DNA of 64,000 nucleotides, from positions 50,480,464-50,544,463 of the forward strand of contig NC_043011.1 in the NCBI RefSeq assembly GCF_006345805.1. The letters are read 5' to 3'. This DNA is from Octopus sinensis (Eukaryota). Both the position numbers and the translations under genes were made by a program. Shown piece after piece: positions 27,186-40,188 of the stretch. A model generated the notes under the pieces. That model did not search any database. It saw only the letters and a program-made list of their open reading frames with translations, and was not told the origin of the DNA. The first letter of the stretch is position 1. Each line of letters opens with the position of its first letter.

Positions 27186-27245
27186 ATTAGGAGCCAGTCA
27201 GTATTCGCAACTGCTGTTGTAACTCTAATGCTTGCGCATATATAA
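27186..27245 (+). pseudogene. Exon 5 of paralog gene 0: IRSQSVFATAVVTLMLAHI*
   Basis: Conserved acceptor and frame relative to 42187-42258. Exons 1-2 of this copy were not found in the window. Confidence 0.55.
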
Positions 27246-27275
27246 GTTTATATTTTGCCACAACAAGTACATAAA

Positions 27276-27689
27276 CTCTTTTACTCTTTTACTTGTTTCA
27301 GTCATTTGACTGCGGCCATGCTGGAGCACCACCTTTAGTCGAGCAAATCGACCCCGGGACTTATTCTTTGTAAGCCCAGTACTTATTCTATCGGTCTCTT
27401 TTGCCAAACCGCTAAGTTACGGGGACGTAAACACACCAGCATCGGTTGTCAAGCAATGCTAGGGGGACAAACACAGACACACAAACATATACACACACAT
27501 GCATATATATATATAATATATACATATATACGACAGGCTTCTTTCAGTTTCCGTCTACCAAAACCACTCACAAGGCATTGGTTGGCCCAGGGCTATAGCA
27601 GAAGACACTTGCCCAAGATGCCCCGCAGTGAGACTGAACCCGGAACCATGTGGTTTGTTAGCAAGCTACTTACCACACAGCCACTCCTG
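27276..27689 (-). mobile_element. SINE family C
   Basis: Reverse copy of 33629-34037; absent from the paralogous region after 42258. Confidence 0.88.
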
Positions 27690-28921
27690 TATATTATTTT
27701 GAAGACGTTATTCAATGAGATGAGTCGTGAAACTGAATTGCCAATATTGCAACGAATCAGCTTTACTACGCATGTCTACAATTCTATACGTGACATTTAG
27801 GATATCTTTTAATGTTCTACACAGTATGCAGTAACTTTGGGTTTAAATAACTTTGTGAGATTTCATCGACTTTTACTATAACAATTTTTGTAATTTTTCA
27901 AATCGTTCTAAATGTAACATTCGAAATATTCACCCAGATGAAAATGGTGTCATACCAGCAGAATGAATAATAATAATATTGTTATATTTCGGAATGGTCA
28001 TTTTGCCAGTTTAGCCAATAAAAACACACAGCACTATATATTTGGTGTTACTTTGCTTCAGTGTTATTTATTTTTTACATTAATCTTAATCTTATTTCGG
28101 CCAGAGGTCTTTCAACACACGACTTCACATAAAAAATCTTGTACAACAAATATTTGAATAATAATAAGAAAAGGAGAAATTATTGTACGTTTCATTGTGA
28201 GCCGTAAATTCTACATTAAACAAAAATAACATTATCGTAACGTAAGCTACAATCTAACAAAGATAGTGCAATAACTAGACCCATACTTGATACTATGAAC
28301 CATAAAAAAAATAACGACTAAAAACAGAATCAGTAGAAACACTAAACAGAGATAAGTTCTCCAATTACTTGCTTTCCGAAGAAAAACTACAAGTACGACA
28401 ATACAGACATCAGAGAGCAAAGATAATATTGGAGATTCGTTAAACTCTACGATCAGATATTGGAAAATATTTCAATATACCTCTAATACCAGTTCCTCAT
28501 ATATAAAGCCGTAATGTACTTTACTTTGAGAGTAGTATTTAAAAGTTCTCGCAGGGGAACATCTTGATTGAAAGCAAAAATGTCTTCCATCAGTATTGCT
28601 ATATTGTATATCATGATAAAGAACATAACTGTCAGAATATCTTAATTATAATTTGAGTATTAAATATTTATCTCTGTAGCTGTAACGTTCAAGTAATTTA
28701 ATTTCTATGAGTAGAAATCATATAGAATGATTGTGTGCGCACATTTAGCACAAAAATAAATGCTCATCACCCCCCATGGTATTGAACATTCTCTCCGTTA
28801 TTTCATTCTAAGTGGAGTATTTGTTGTTTAGATAAACGACCAATGTTATGTGTAATGCCTTAAAGAGATTAAAGAACGGAAATGAGAACTATACACATAC
28901 ATACTTACATACGTACATACA

Positions 28922-28955
<34 letters not shown>

Positions 28956-29036
28956 CATACATACATACATACATACATACATACACACACATTTATATAT
29001 ATATATATATTATATATATATTATATATATATATAT

Positions 29037-30460
29037 AGGTAAACAGTAAAATTAAATACAGACATGGACAAGAACATGAAACACCACAGAGACGACACAA
29101 GAACCACAGGACGGGACATTCGAAGCCCTCAGTCATCAGTCAAGAACCAGATCATCTTAGCAATTTCGGCTGATTAATCTTGAGATTGCTCCGATATGGC
29201 CAGCTCGCCAAGGAAATCTAAGCCAAGCGCATTAGATCCCCTGGAAGAAAGCTTCGAATGTATACAACGAAAGGACGGAAAACGATCGAAGTACACAAAC
29301 AAAAATACAGAATACGTGACACCAATAAGAATACAAAAACGTAAAAACAATAACGGTAAAAATAAAAAATAAACAACAAAACAAAACCAGGACGTAGGAC
29401 AAGGGTCTTTCGACAGGACGATTTGAGTAGGGGCTGGCTTGTGAAGTTGTGCCTAAAGGCCACGGGGAGACGAACAAATCCGTGTTGCTTCTGAGGCTGC
29501 TGAAAACGAAAAGAGCGCTCAACAGCGGCTAGCTGTCACGTGAGAACAAAAGACAGGAGAAAGGGACAGATGAAAAGGGAGAGAAGGTGGACGAGGGAGG
29601 AGAAGAAAGAGACAGATCGAGGGGCTGGAGGTGAGAGAGATAGAGAAACGTAGAAAGGGGGGGGGACGGATGGAGAGGGAAGAACGGAAGTGGAATAAGG
29701 GAGGAGGGAGAGAGAGAGAAAAAGAGACAGATTAAGAGTCGTATCAAAGCTTGAGAAAAAAATATACTTATCGTATAAGGACAATTGTGGATACGTAGCC
29801 GCCGATATATAGGTAAACAGTAAAATTAAATACAGACATGGACAAGAACATGAACACCACAGAGACGACACAAGAACCACAGGACGGGACATTCGAAGCC
29901 CTCAGTCATCAGTCAAGAACCAGATCATCTTAGCAATTTCGGCTGATTAATCTTGAGATTGCTCCGATATGGCCAGCCCGCCAAGGGAAATCTAAGCCAA
30001 GCGCATTAGATCCCCTGGAAGAAAGCTTCGAATGTATACAACGAAAGGACGGAAAACGATCGAAGTACACAAACAAAAATACAGAATACGTGACACCAAT
30101 AAGAATACAAAAACGTAAAAACAATAACGGTAAAAATAAAAAATAAACAACAAAACAAAACCAGGACGTAGGACAAGGGTCTTTCGACAGGACGATTTGA
30201 GTAGGGGCTGGCTTGTGAAGTTGTGCCTAAAGGCCACGGGGAGACGAACAAATCCGTGTTGCTTCTGAGGCTGCTGAAAACGAAAAGAGCGCTCAACAGC
30301 GGCTAGCTGTCACGTGAGAACAAAAGACAGGAGAAAGGGACAGATGAAAAGGGAGAGAAGGTGGACGAGGAGGAGAAGAAAGAGACAGATCGAGGGGCTG
30401 GAGGTGAGAGAGATAGAGAAACGTAGAAGGGGGGGAGACGGATGGAGAGGGAAAGAAAGG
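29037..30460. repeat. Near-identical tandem duplication, period 774 bp, of a (TA)n-flanked repeat element
   Basis: 29037-29700 vs 29811-30460; a related fragment lies at 49140-49275. Confidence 0.9.
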
Positions 30461-30472
30461 AAGGGGAATATA

Positions 30473-30503
<31 letters not shown>

Positions 30504-30735
30504 GAAACAATTGCGGTGTGGAAGGTGTTTATAAGCCATTTAAGAAACACACAAAAACCGTTAGATTCACTTCAGCATTTAAATTTAATTTGTCAAAATA
30601 TTTTCATCGCTTTGAGACTGCGACCTCTTCACTGACAAAATTCTGTGCTGCGTCTGATGCACCTTCCACGCTGCAATTGCTTTCGTTCCAGCACACGATC
30701 TCAGACCAGGTCACTTGCTATGCAAGTACGTCTCC

Positions 30736-30782
<47 letters not shown>

Positions 30783-31165
30783 TATGCATATTTATATTTT
30801 ATATCTTAAAACTAATTTTTTATGTTCTTCAAAGCAGTCTTTATCGCTCTTTAAGTAATATTTTTACTCTATTGGCTATTTAGATTTGGATTCGCTGACA
30901 TACTTTTGAATTTCTATCGCAATGAAAACCTGTTGCCTGCTAAACTAAATTGTAATTGTCCGAACGTAGATATAACTGTTTTCATGGGGTGAAGCAGAAA
31001 GGAAGTATGAATCAAAAGAAGTATGGTCAAATGCATGAATCAAAAGAAGTATGGTCAAAAGAAGAGTGAAAAATGGAGAAACGGGGAAAAGAATGGAGAA
31101 TAAAGAAAGATAAAAGAAGACAAAAGAGAAATTGAGAAAGGAAATTCTGAGTTCAAAACGCTAAA

Positions 31166-31196
<31 letters not shown>

Positions 31197-31739
31197 CGTC
31201 GTGGTGGTGGGGGGAGGGGTGATGGTGATGAAATTCCGCTGAATGCGACTATGCGTTTACTCTTTTCGGTTTCGACAAAATATGTACAAGTAAAGTACTG
31301 GGGTGGATGTGACACACTTTTTCCCCACCCACCAAAACTGCATGCCTCGTCCCAAAGTTTGAAATCAGTATTCTGATAGCTTCCGTTCCTCCTTGTCAGC
31401 TGAATAATTTTTTCAATCACACCCTAAATCTTCATACTGTCCTGCGACGTTGCCTGGTCAAAAAATACATCACATTTACGCTGCAAAATAATGGATGCAT
31501 AAAAATCTTTGAATGTAGAGCGAATACACTGTATATTTTATTTAATATTGATTTCTTTCACTAAGTACGAGTACACACATATATCAGTTTTTATGTATTA
31601 TTTATTGCGTCAGCTATAAATAATACTTATTCATTATTTATAGGATGTCATGAATGGAACACATGTTACACCATAGTAAATTATAAAATAAATTGCCGCG
31701 TGTAGGTCGCCATAGTATGAAGTCTTCATCAGTTTGACA

Positions 31740-31776
31740 ATGAAATATTTTATCCTTATTTTCCTTGTCATTTTCC
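31740..31776 (+). CDS. Gene A exon 1, signal peptide MKYFILIFLVIF (phase-1 donor)
   Basis: ATG, basic residue, hydrophobic run, then C|GTAAGT. 32/37 nt identical to 54785-54821, with the donor at the same position. Confidence 0.8.
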
Positions 31777-32022
31777 GTAAGTAGCTACGTGGTAATTATT
31801 TTCCAATTAACATTACTATTTGTGTGCAGAATATAGACGTAAGTCATTTGGTAATATCATTATTCTATCTCCTCGTTCGTTTCTTTCTCAGTCTCTCATT
31901 CATATACACATGCATACATATGCAGACGCACACAAACACACACACACACACATGTATATATGTATATATGTACGTATATATATGTACACACACACACACA
32001 CACACACACGCATATATATATA

Positions 32023-32250
32023 GGCGGCGAGCTGGCAGAAACGTTAGTGCCCCGGGCGAAATGCTTAGCGGTATTTCGTCTGTCGTTTCGTTGTGAGTTC
32101 AAATTCCGCCGAGGTCGACTTTGCCTTTCATCCTTCCGGGATCGATAAATTAAGTACCAGTTACCCACTGGGGTCGATGTAATCGACTTAATCCCTTTGT
32201 CTGTCCTTGTTTGTCCCCTCTATGTTTAGCCCCTTGTGGGTAGTAAAGAA
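32023..32250 (+). mobile_element. SINE family B, full length
   Basis: Same head, central domain and ...GGGTAGTAAAGAAA end as 19396 and 43121. Confidence 0.85.
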
Positions 32251-32278
32251 AAAAAATATATATATATATACATATATA

Positions 32279-32537
32279 CTCTTTTACTCGTTTACTTGTT
32301 TCAGTCATTTGACTGAGGCCATGCAGGAGCACCGTCTTTAGTCGAGCAAATCGACCCCAGGACTTATTCTTTGTAAGCCTAGAATTATTCTATCGGTCTC
32401 TTTTGCCGAACCGCTAAGTTGCGGGGTCGTAAACACACCAACATCTGTTGTCAAGCGATGTTGGGGGGACAAACACAGACACACAAACGTACACCCACCC
32501 ACACATACATATGTATATATATACACACACACGCACA

Positions 32538-32635
<98 letters not shown>

Positions 32636-32782
32636 TATATACGACGTGCTTCTTTCAGTTTCCGCCTACCGAATCCACTCATAAGGCTTTGGTCGGCCCA
32701 AGGCTACAGTAGAAGACACTTGCCCAAGGTGTCACTCAGTGGGACTGAACCCGGAACCATGTGGTTCCTAAGCAAGCAACTT
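32279..32782 (-). mobile_element. SINE family C with expanded internal (TA)n
   Basis: Sequence identity to the family consensus on both sides of the microsatellite. Confidence 0.85.
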
Positions 32783-33628
32783 ATAGGTTATTATTATTAA
32801 AAAAATTCAAGTCTTCGAGCTGTTTCTGGGATAACTCAAAATATGGGATATCCCGTCATTGGGATCGCAAAAAACTTTAACAGATTCACTTTAAAATTAT
32901 CCTATTCTTCTACACCAAATACAGAATCTATTATTACTTCATCTAAAAAAATTTACAAATTTCAAATTTAATACTACAAATATATATATTTCAAATATCA
33001 AACAATAACAATTAAAGCAATATTGACAAAAAACTTCTTTAAAGATTTCTAGAGAGTCATTTATTCATTTTGCACTTAATTTGTTGGTTAGCTTTCATTT
33101 TTTAAATATTTTTCCAAGTGTAAATAGAAAATACTTTATCTCATAATACAAATTTTAAAGTTCTTTCTTTTGTGTCTTTAAAAAACATTTTTTTTTTAAA
33201 GTTCTATACTCTTTTAGTACGTATATTGCACATGTGTTTAATTTCATTACACAATATCTGCGAATTAAAACTTTTGAATAATGAAATTTGTTCAAAAAAT
33301 AAAATTTAGTGATATGCTAAAAATGAAAACATGAATATTTTAGCTTAATAGAAAGAAATTTTTAATGAAAAATATTATCTTTAAATATTTTTAAAATGCA
33401 ATAAAAAAAACGGAATATAACAAAAGAAAACTGTGCACACACCTTGTCAGCACATTGCTCCGCAGCAATTTTCTAAGCCTTTTTTGTTTTGTTTTTTTGT
33501 TTTTATGGCCTGTATTTTCCCAGGTTTAATTACTGTTTGTTCAATATTTTTCATTCTAGTCCCCTTTTTTTCCAGGCAAAACTTTTATTATTATAGTCAG
33601 TCATATTCACCATTTTGATATATGTATA

Positions 33629-34037
33629 GGCGCAGGAGTGGCTGTGTGGTAAGTAGCTTGCTAACCAACCACATGGTTGCGGGTTCAGTCCCACTGCGTG
33701 GCACCTTGGGCAAGTGTCTTCTGCTATAGCCCCGGGCCGACCAATGCCTTGTGAGTGGATTTGGTAGACGGAAACTGAAAGAAGCCTGTCGTATATATGT
33801 ATATATATATAAGTGTGTGTGTATATGTTTGTGTGTCTGTGTTTGTCACCCTAGCATTGCTTGACAACCGATGCTGGTGTGTTTACGTCCCCGTCACTTA
33901 GCGGTTCGGCAAAAGAGACCTATAGAATAAGTACTGGGCTTACAAAGAATAAGTCCCGGGGTCGATTTGCTCGACTAAAGTCGGTGCTCCAGCATGGCCG
34001 CAGTCAAATGACTGAAACAAGTAAAAGAGTAAAAGAG
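33629..34037 (+). mobile_element. SINE family C (tRNA head, CORE-like segment, internal microsatellite, L2-like tail), full length
   Basis: GGCGCAGGAGTGGCTGTGTGG...GGCACCTTGGGCAAGTGTCTT...CCAGCATGGCCGCAGTCAAATGACTGAAACAAGTAAAAGAG. Confidence 0.9.
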
Positions 34038-34074
34038 AGAGTATATATATATAACACTTCCATCAATGGATCTA

Positions 34075-34345
34075 AACTACACACCATCTACATCCGGATC
34101 TCCTTCTGCACTTCATCCAATCGTATTTAATCTATCAGGTGAAATCTTTGCAGCCATCTTCATGTTAGTGAGACGGACAGTCGGCTGGCCGAACGGTTCA
34201 CAGAACACCTACAGGACGTCCGCCTACACAGAAACACCCCCGTCGCTCATCATTTTTGCTCGGCCGGCCACTCCACATCACTCCTCACTGTCTTTGGCCT
34301 TGCCGTACGCCAAGGATCCACTCAACACAACCTCTTCCTTTCAGT
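34075..34345 (+). mobile_element. Penelope-like element GIY-YIG remnant
   Basis: CTSSNRI*SIR*NLCSHLHVSETDSRLAERFTEHLQDVR...PVAHHF. Confidence 0.7.
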
Positions 34346-34711
34346 GACATCCTCCACACACCTTTTTAAAAAGCATTTTACTTTGTTTTTAGTTTGTCCT
34401 ATTTTTATTTATTTTTCGTTTTACTTTTTATTTCTAGATTCAACGTTCAATTTTCAATTTTTAATTTTTGTTTCATTTACCTATTTTGCTGTAGTTTCAA
34501 CTCATAGCTGCGGCCATCCTGATGCACCGCCGTTATTTTATTTTTTATATTATTTCATATTCACTTTTTGTTTTATCTTTAATTTTTATTTTCAAGTTTT
34601 CTTTTATTATTTTCTATTTATATTTTGAGTTTTATTTCTAATTACTATTTTCAAGTTTTCTCTCCAGTTTCTATCCATTTCACACACAAAATGCATATAG
34701 CATGAATCCCT

Positions 34712-35457
34712 AATATACATATTTGCTGTACCTAATCGCTTCTGCTTTTACTGCTCTCTTGAGGGCAAACCACCATTTGTTGTTGATGATGGCTCCCGTC
34801 AAAGCCCTCTTTACTAGTGTGCTAATCCGGTCTCTGAAAACCTGTCTCGATGGGAAAGACGCGTTTAGTTTCCAGTATCCGGGACCCTGCCTAAGTGTCT
34901 TACCTAAGTCTAGCGTACATGTCACAAGTTTGTGATCCGTGTAGCTGACTATGTGGAATTGTGGACATCCTATGCTATCTCTATCTACTGTCCTACACAG
35001 TATCCTATCTAGATACGATCTCGACGACCCGATGCGGTTGCTCCATGTCCCCGTTGGCGCATTCGGGTGGTCTAGTCGGAACCTGTCAGACAGTTGAAAG
35101 CGTCTGAGCAGGTCTCTGAGGCATTTGCATCCCCGTCTATTCCTATCTCTACCCACGTAGTCTACATGCGTGTCCAAGGTAGCATTCCAATCCCCCACTA
35201 AGAGTAAAGGACGAGACATTCCCAAGAATACTTCTAGACGTTGAAAGAAATCCGCCCGACCTGTTAAGGGCGGTGTGTAGACTGATACGAGTCGAAAAGC
35301 GCACCCATTGCTGCCGTCGACATCCAGGACGACCAGTCTACCCTCCGAGTCTACGAATATTGTCTTTACTCCAGACTCTTGCGAAAAAGTACCGCGGTGC
35401 CACTACCGCCCATTCTTGGCAGACAGGGGGGGGGAAATAAATGTTGAACTGTCCGCC
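34712..35457 (-). mobile_element. Tx1/L1-clade LINE fragment (AP endonuclease)
   Basis: [13 protein letters not shown] / VDSEGRLVVLDV..LVSVYTP / LLLVGDWN / SYLDRIL / YTDHKLV / GPGYWKLNAS; its 5' junction abuts (TAGA/CAGA)n. Confidence 0.9.
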
Positions 35458-35516
35458 AGATAGATAGATAGACAGACAGACACAGACAGACAGACAGACG
35501 GACGGACGGACGGACG

Positions 35517-35552
<36 letters not shown>

Positions 35553-35566
35553 GGTAGACAGACAGG

Positions 35567-35675
<109 letters not shown>

Positions 35676-35932
35676 GGATATAGATATGTGTGTATATATT
35701 TATCCAGCATTCATATTTCTATACATTACTAAGAGCATTTTGTTATCCCCTGAAACGCCCGATTACTCGACCAGAACTATACTGAAACACGTTCACTGCA
35801 CCCACATATGTATAGATTCTAGCATCAAACAACTATATGTATACTCTGTATTTTATGAATGCACAACAAACGGAAGTGACGGTGTTGTTATAAAACTTTG
35901 AGATTTTAAAGCAGAACTTCACATTTTTTTAG

Positions 35933-36032
35933 GTGTCAGGGCATTTAGAGTGGATTGCGAAGTAATGGCAAAACGTTACTGTGCTGAGAGCTTTAAGCCT
36001 GCTGCCAAAACCGATACGAAAACATTCTGCAG
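35933..36032 (+). CDS. Gene A exon 2, VRAFRVDCEVMAKRYCAESFKPAAKTDTKTFC (phase 1 to 2)
   Basis: Acceptor CACATTTTTTTAG|GTGTCAGGGC and donor CAG|GTATGT. Open frame; the same exon start and three Cys occur in paralog 63013-63109. V-R-A fits a signal-peptidase -3/-1 site. Confidence 0.82.
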
Positions 36033-36151
36033 GTATGTATGTATGTATGTATGTATGTATGTATGTATGTATGTATGTATGTATGTATGTATGTATGTAT
36101 GTATGTATGTATGTATGTATGTATGTATAGACAGACAGAAAGACAGACAGT

Positions 36152-36197
<46 letters not shown>

Positions 36198-36230
36198 CAT
36201 ACATACATAGATAGATAGATAGATAGATAC

Positions 36231-36273
<43 letters not shown>

Positions 36274-36290
36274 TAGATAGATAGATAGAT

Positions 36291-36438
36291 AAAGTTTCTT
36301 TATTGACCACACAGGGCTGCACACAGATGAGACAAGTTACAAGGTAGAGCTTTTCTTTTGGGGGATGATAAAAACAAAAAACAAAAGAAACAAAAACAAA
36401 AAAAAGGGGTGGCGTAGGTTTTCGATCAAGAGGGATCG
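36291..36438 (-). mobile_element. Tx1 3'-terminal fragment (about 150 bp) embedded in (TAGA)n
   Basis: Matches the 3' UTR at 63214-63330; (TAGA)n on both sides. Confidence 0.8.
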
Positions 36439-36532
<94 letters not shown>

Positions 36533-37095
36533 CTTACTATGAGTATATGTATTATATGTGTGTCATTCTATATTGACAAATATAGAATATCGTTATCAGA
36601 ATGCTAGATGTATTGCAATGGATCCAAGTTGATGGAACGAAGAATATCTGATTTATATATTAAAACATCTTGTAAAATGAAATGTAGACGCCATTTGTTT
36701 TTAAACTAGCCCCGATTGAAGAAATGATAGCTGCACTATCAATTTTCTCTTGACCGGGGTATTGGTCGTTTACTCATATATATATTTATGTGAACTAATT
36801 AGGCAAAAGACAATGCGAATTATAATAGGCAACATTCAGGTAAATATAAATAAGTAGACAATTATTTTGGACAATTTTAAATTCAAATTTGTATAATTTT
36901 TCTATCGTTGTATAAAGATCTCCGACAGTGAGACTAAATTTTCTGTCTATTAGTAGAAATATGAAGTTGAGAAATAATTTTGCTCTTAATAATTGAGTAT
37001 TGATTTTGGTTTATTCTTCCTATAACATAACTCTTGAGTCATTTGAAAGGCGAGAATAAGTCCAGAATAGAGTTGATATAAAAATTTTTTTTTTT

Positions 37096-37368
37096 GGAAG
37101 CACTCCGTCGGTTACGACGATGAGGGTTCCGGTTGATCGGAATCAACGGAACAGCCTGCTCATGAAATTAACGTGTAAGTGGCTGAGCACTCCACAGACA
37201 CGTGCACCCTTAACGTAGTTCTCGGGAATATTCAGCGTGACACAGAGAGTGACAAGGCCGGCCCCTTGAAATACAGGTACAACAGAAACAGGAAGTAAGA
37301 GTGAGAGAAAGTTGTGGTGAAAGAGTACAGCAGGGATCACCACCATCCCCTGCCGGAGCCTCGTGGAG
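37096..37368 (-). mobile_element. SINE family A, 5'-truncated
   Basis: 3' two-thirds only; absent from the paralogous position near 24880. Confidence 0.88.
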
Positions 37369-37431
37369 ATATAAAAATATAAGCAATACAAGAATACAAG
37401 AATACCTGAATGTATAATTTTTACTTTCCAG

Positions 37432-37531
37432 CACTTACAAAACCTTTGAGAAATGCATGAAGAGAAATCGAAATGTACCCGAATTTTGTGAAATACTGTA
37501 CTTAAAGGATTGGTTTTGGAAGAAGTGTGAT
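37432..37531 (+). CDS. Gene A exon 3, TYKTFEKCMKRNRNVPEFCEILYLKDWFWKKCD (phase 2 to 0)
   Basis: Acceptor TATAATTTTTACTTTCCAG and donor GAT|GTAAGT. Open in exactly the phase exon 2 requires, and supplies three more Cys. Confidence 0.78.
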
Positions 37532-37752
37532 GTAAGTAGCTTGTATTACTTTAGTTTTATCTGTCTAGAACAATGAGCGACTGAACAACGTACGATTATT
37601 AAGAATTGTTTTATTGTAAGCATATAAGCAATAATTTTCCTAAAACCACCATTCAAGCAACAATCAATCAAGCAAAGAGTGAATATGTTATTTAGTTACG
37701 TTTTACCTTTTTTGAATTGGATACTAAATAATGTGGCTTAGGACTTAACACA

Positions 37753-38111
37753 CGGAAGCACTCCGTCGGTTACGACGATCAGGGTTCCAGTTGATCCGTA
37801 TCAAACGGAACAGCCTGCTCGTGAAATTAACGTGTAAGTGGCTGAGCACTCGGGGATATTATTCAGCGTGACACAGAGAGTGACAAGGCCGGCCCCTTGA
37901 AATACAGGTACAACAGAAACAGGGAGTAAGAGTGAGAGAAAGTTGTGGTGAAAGAGTACAGCAGGGATCACCACCATCCCCTTCCGGAGCCTCGTGGAGC
38001 TTTTAAGTGTTTTCGCTCAATAAATACTCACAACGCCCGGTCTGGGAATCGAAACCGCGATCCTATGACCGCGAGTCCGCTGCCCTAACCACTGGGCCAT
38101 TGCGCCTCCAC
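37753..38111 (-). mobile_element. SINE family A with small internal deletion
   Basis: TSD AGGACTTAACACA at 37740-37752 and 38112-38124. Confidence 0.9.
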
Positions 38112-38322
38112 AGGACTTAACACAATGACATAAACGTATCATATAGCCATGTTTGCAATATTTTTTATAGCCTTTGACAATCTATTGTGTCATACTTGTG
38201 AGATTTTCGATCGATCATAGTTTTATGGCAGCCTTAATCAGTAGAGAACTATAAATTTCACATGTGTATATGTTTGAAAATGTATTACCCGCTTTTGACA
38301 ATAATTCAACATTTCTTTTCAG

Positions 38323-38346
38323 GGTGGCTCTGGCAACACGTTTGGA
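38323..38346 (+). CDS. Gene A exon 4, 24-nt micro-exon GGSGNTFG (phase 0 to 0)
   Basis: ACATTTCTTTTCAG|GGTGGCTCTGGCAACACGTTTGGA|GTAAGT. Symmetric phase fits between exons 3 and 5; small residues suit a GPI omega region. No paralog seen to corroborate it. Confidence 0.6.
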
Positions 38347-38403
38347 GTAAGTAAAACATTTCTACTGCCGCTGAGTATTCAGTATATGTATACAACTACA
38401 TCA

Positions 38404-38792
38404 GTGGAGGCGCAATGGCCCAGTGGTTAGGGCAGCGGACTCGCGGTCATAGGATCGCGGTTTCGATTCCCAGACCGGGCGCTGTGAGTTTTTATTGAGC
38501 GAAAACACCTAAAAGCTCCACGAGGCTCCGGCAGGGGATGGTGGTGATCCTTGCTGTACTCTTTCACCACAACTTTCTCTCACTCTTACTCCCTGTTTCT
38601 GTTGTACCTGTATTTCAAAGGGCCGGCCTTGTCACTCTCTGTGTCACGCTGAATATCCCCGAGAACTACGTTAAGGGTGCACGTGTCTGTGGAGTGCTCA
38701 GCCACTTACACGTTAATTTCACGAGCAGGCTGTTCCGTTGATTCGGATCAACCGGAACCCTCATCGTCGTAACCGACGGAGTGCTTTCATCC
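38404..38792 (+). mobile_element. SINE family A, full length
   Basis: TSD ACAACTACATCA at 38392-38403 and 38793-38804. Confidence 0.92.
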
Positions 38793-39226
38793 ACAACTAC
38801 ATCAAACTGTTGGATATAATTTTTTTTAAATTCATTATAATACGGTTGAAACATTTTGGTAGTGTAGGCAGCTGTCTTTTTTGTTATTAGTGAAATAGTA
38901 TTAAAAAACGATAAACGTAGCCCCTTTCAAGCCTAGCCAGGCTCATGGGCCTCGCTTCCCCGGTTTCTGTGGCGTATGTGCCCCCCCCCCAGCTGGACGG
39001 GACGCCAGTCCATCGCAGGGTTACTCAAGAAACAGGAAGAGAGAGTGAGAGAAAGATGTGGCGAAATAGTACAACAGGGGTCACCACCGACCCCTGCCGT
39101 TTCAAGCTTCTATTAATTAACTTACAAGGTGGATTGTTTGGATTGGTATTCCTTGTTGAACATATCTGACAGTCTATTTATCTTGTGCTTATATGTTTCG
39201 TTATTATCTAACGTAATATTTATTAT

Positions 39227-39583
39227 AGGATGGATGGAAGCACTCCGTCGGTTACGACGACGAGGGTTCCGGTTGATCCGATCAACGGAACAGCCTGCTC
39301 GTGAAATTAACGTGTAAGTGGCTGAGCACTCCACAGACACGTGTACCCTTAACGTAGTTCTCGGGGATATTCAGCGTGACACAGAGAGTGACAAGGCCGG
39401 CCCTTTGAAATACAGGTACAACAGAAACAGGAAGTAAGAGTGAGAGAAAGAGTACAGCAGGGATCACCACCATCCCTGCCGGAGCCTTGTGGTGTTTTTC
39501 GCTCAATAAACACTCACAACGCCCGGTCTGGGAATCGAAACCGCGAGTCGGCTGCCCTAACCACTGGGCCATTGCGCCTCCAC
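39227..39583 (-). mobile_element. SINE family A
   Basis: TSD AATATTTATTAT at 39215-39226 and 39584-39595. Confidence 0.9.
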
Positions 39584-39806
39584 AATATTTATTATTATCT
39601 ATCTATTGAAGAATAGCATTATGTACGTTCCTCCAAATGAACAATGATCCCATAGAAGCAGGTTCGGAAATTCCCAGAGAAGGAGAAATAGTTGTAAGAC
39701 ACGGTATGGTCTGGTTATTCTGCATCAACAATTAGTAGCACCAGCGAGCATAAATTGAATCTATTCTATTAAACCTAGACTTACGTTGGAAAATAACGAA
39801 ACATAT

Positions 39807-40188
39807 GGAAGCACTCCGTCGGTTACGACGACGAGGGTTCCGGTTGATCCGATCAACGGAACAGCCTGCTCGTGGAATTAACGTGTAAGTGGCTGAGCAC
39901 TCTACAGACACGTGTACCCATAACGTAGTTCTCGGGGATATTCAGCGTGACACAGAGAGTGACAAGGCCGGCCCTTTGAAATACAGGTACAACAGAAACA
40001 GGAAGTAAGAGTGAGAGAAAGTTGTGGTGAAAGAGTACAGCAGGGATCACCACCATCCCCTGCCGGAGCCTTGTGGAGCTTTTAGGTGTTTTTCGCTCAA
40101 TAAACACTCACAACGCCCGGTCTGGGAATCGAAACCGCGATCCTACGACCGCGAGTCCGCTGCCCTAACCACTGGGCCATTGCGCCTC
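39807..40188 (-). mobile_element. SINE family A, duplicated together with its flank from 39237-39806
   Basis: About 220 bp of downstream unique flank is also repeated (39583-39806 vs 40189-40415). Confidence 0.88.

Noticed and set aside
29120-29190. Minus-strand GAAA ... CTGATGA arrangement (also at about 29900)
   Set aside because: Stems are not contiguous with the core, and the related copy at about 49260 lacks the GAAA.
31615-31688. TATAAA motifs upstream of gene A
   Set aside because: Not conserved at the paralogous positions upstream of gene B, and common by chance in AT-rich DNA.
38538-38741. Recurrent ORF MVVIPAVLFHHNFLSLLLPVSVVPVFQRAGLVTLC... appearing many times
   Set aside because: It is the body of SINE family A; recurrence reflects copy number.
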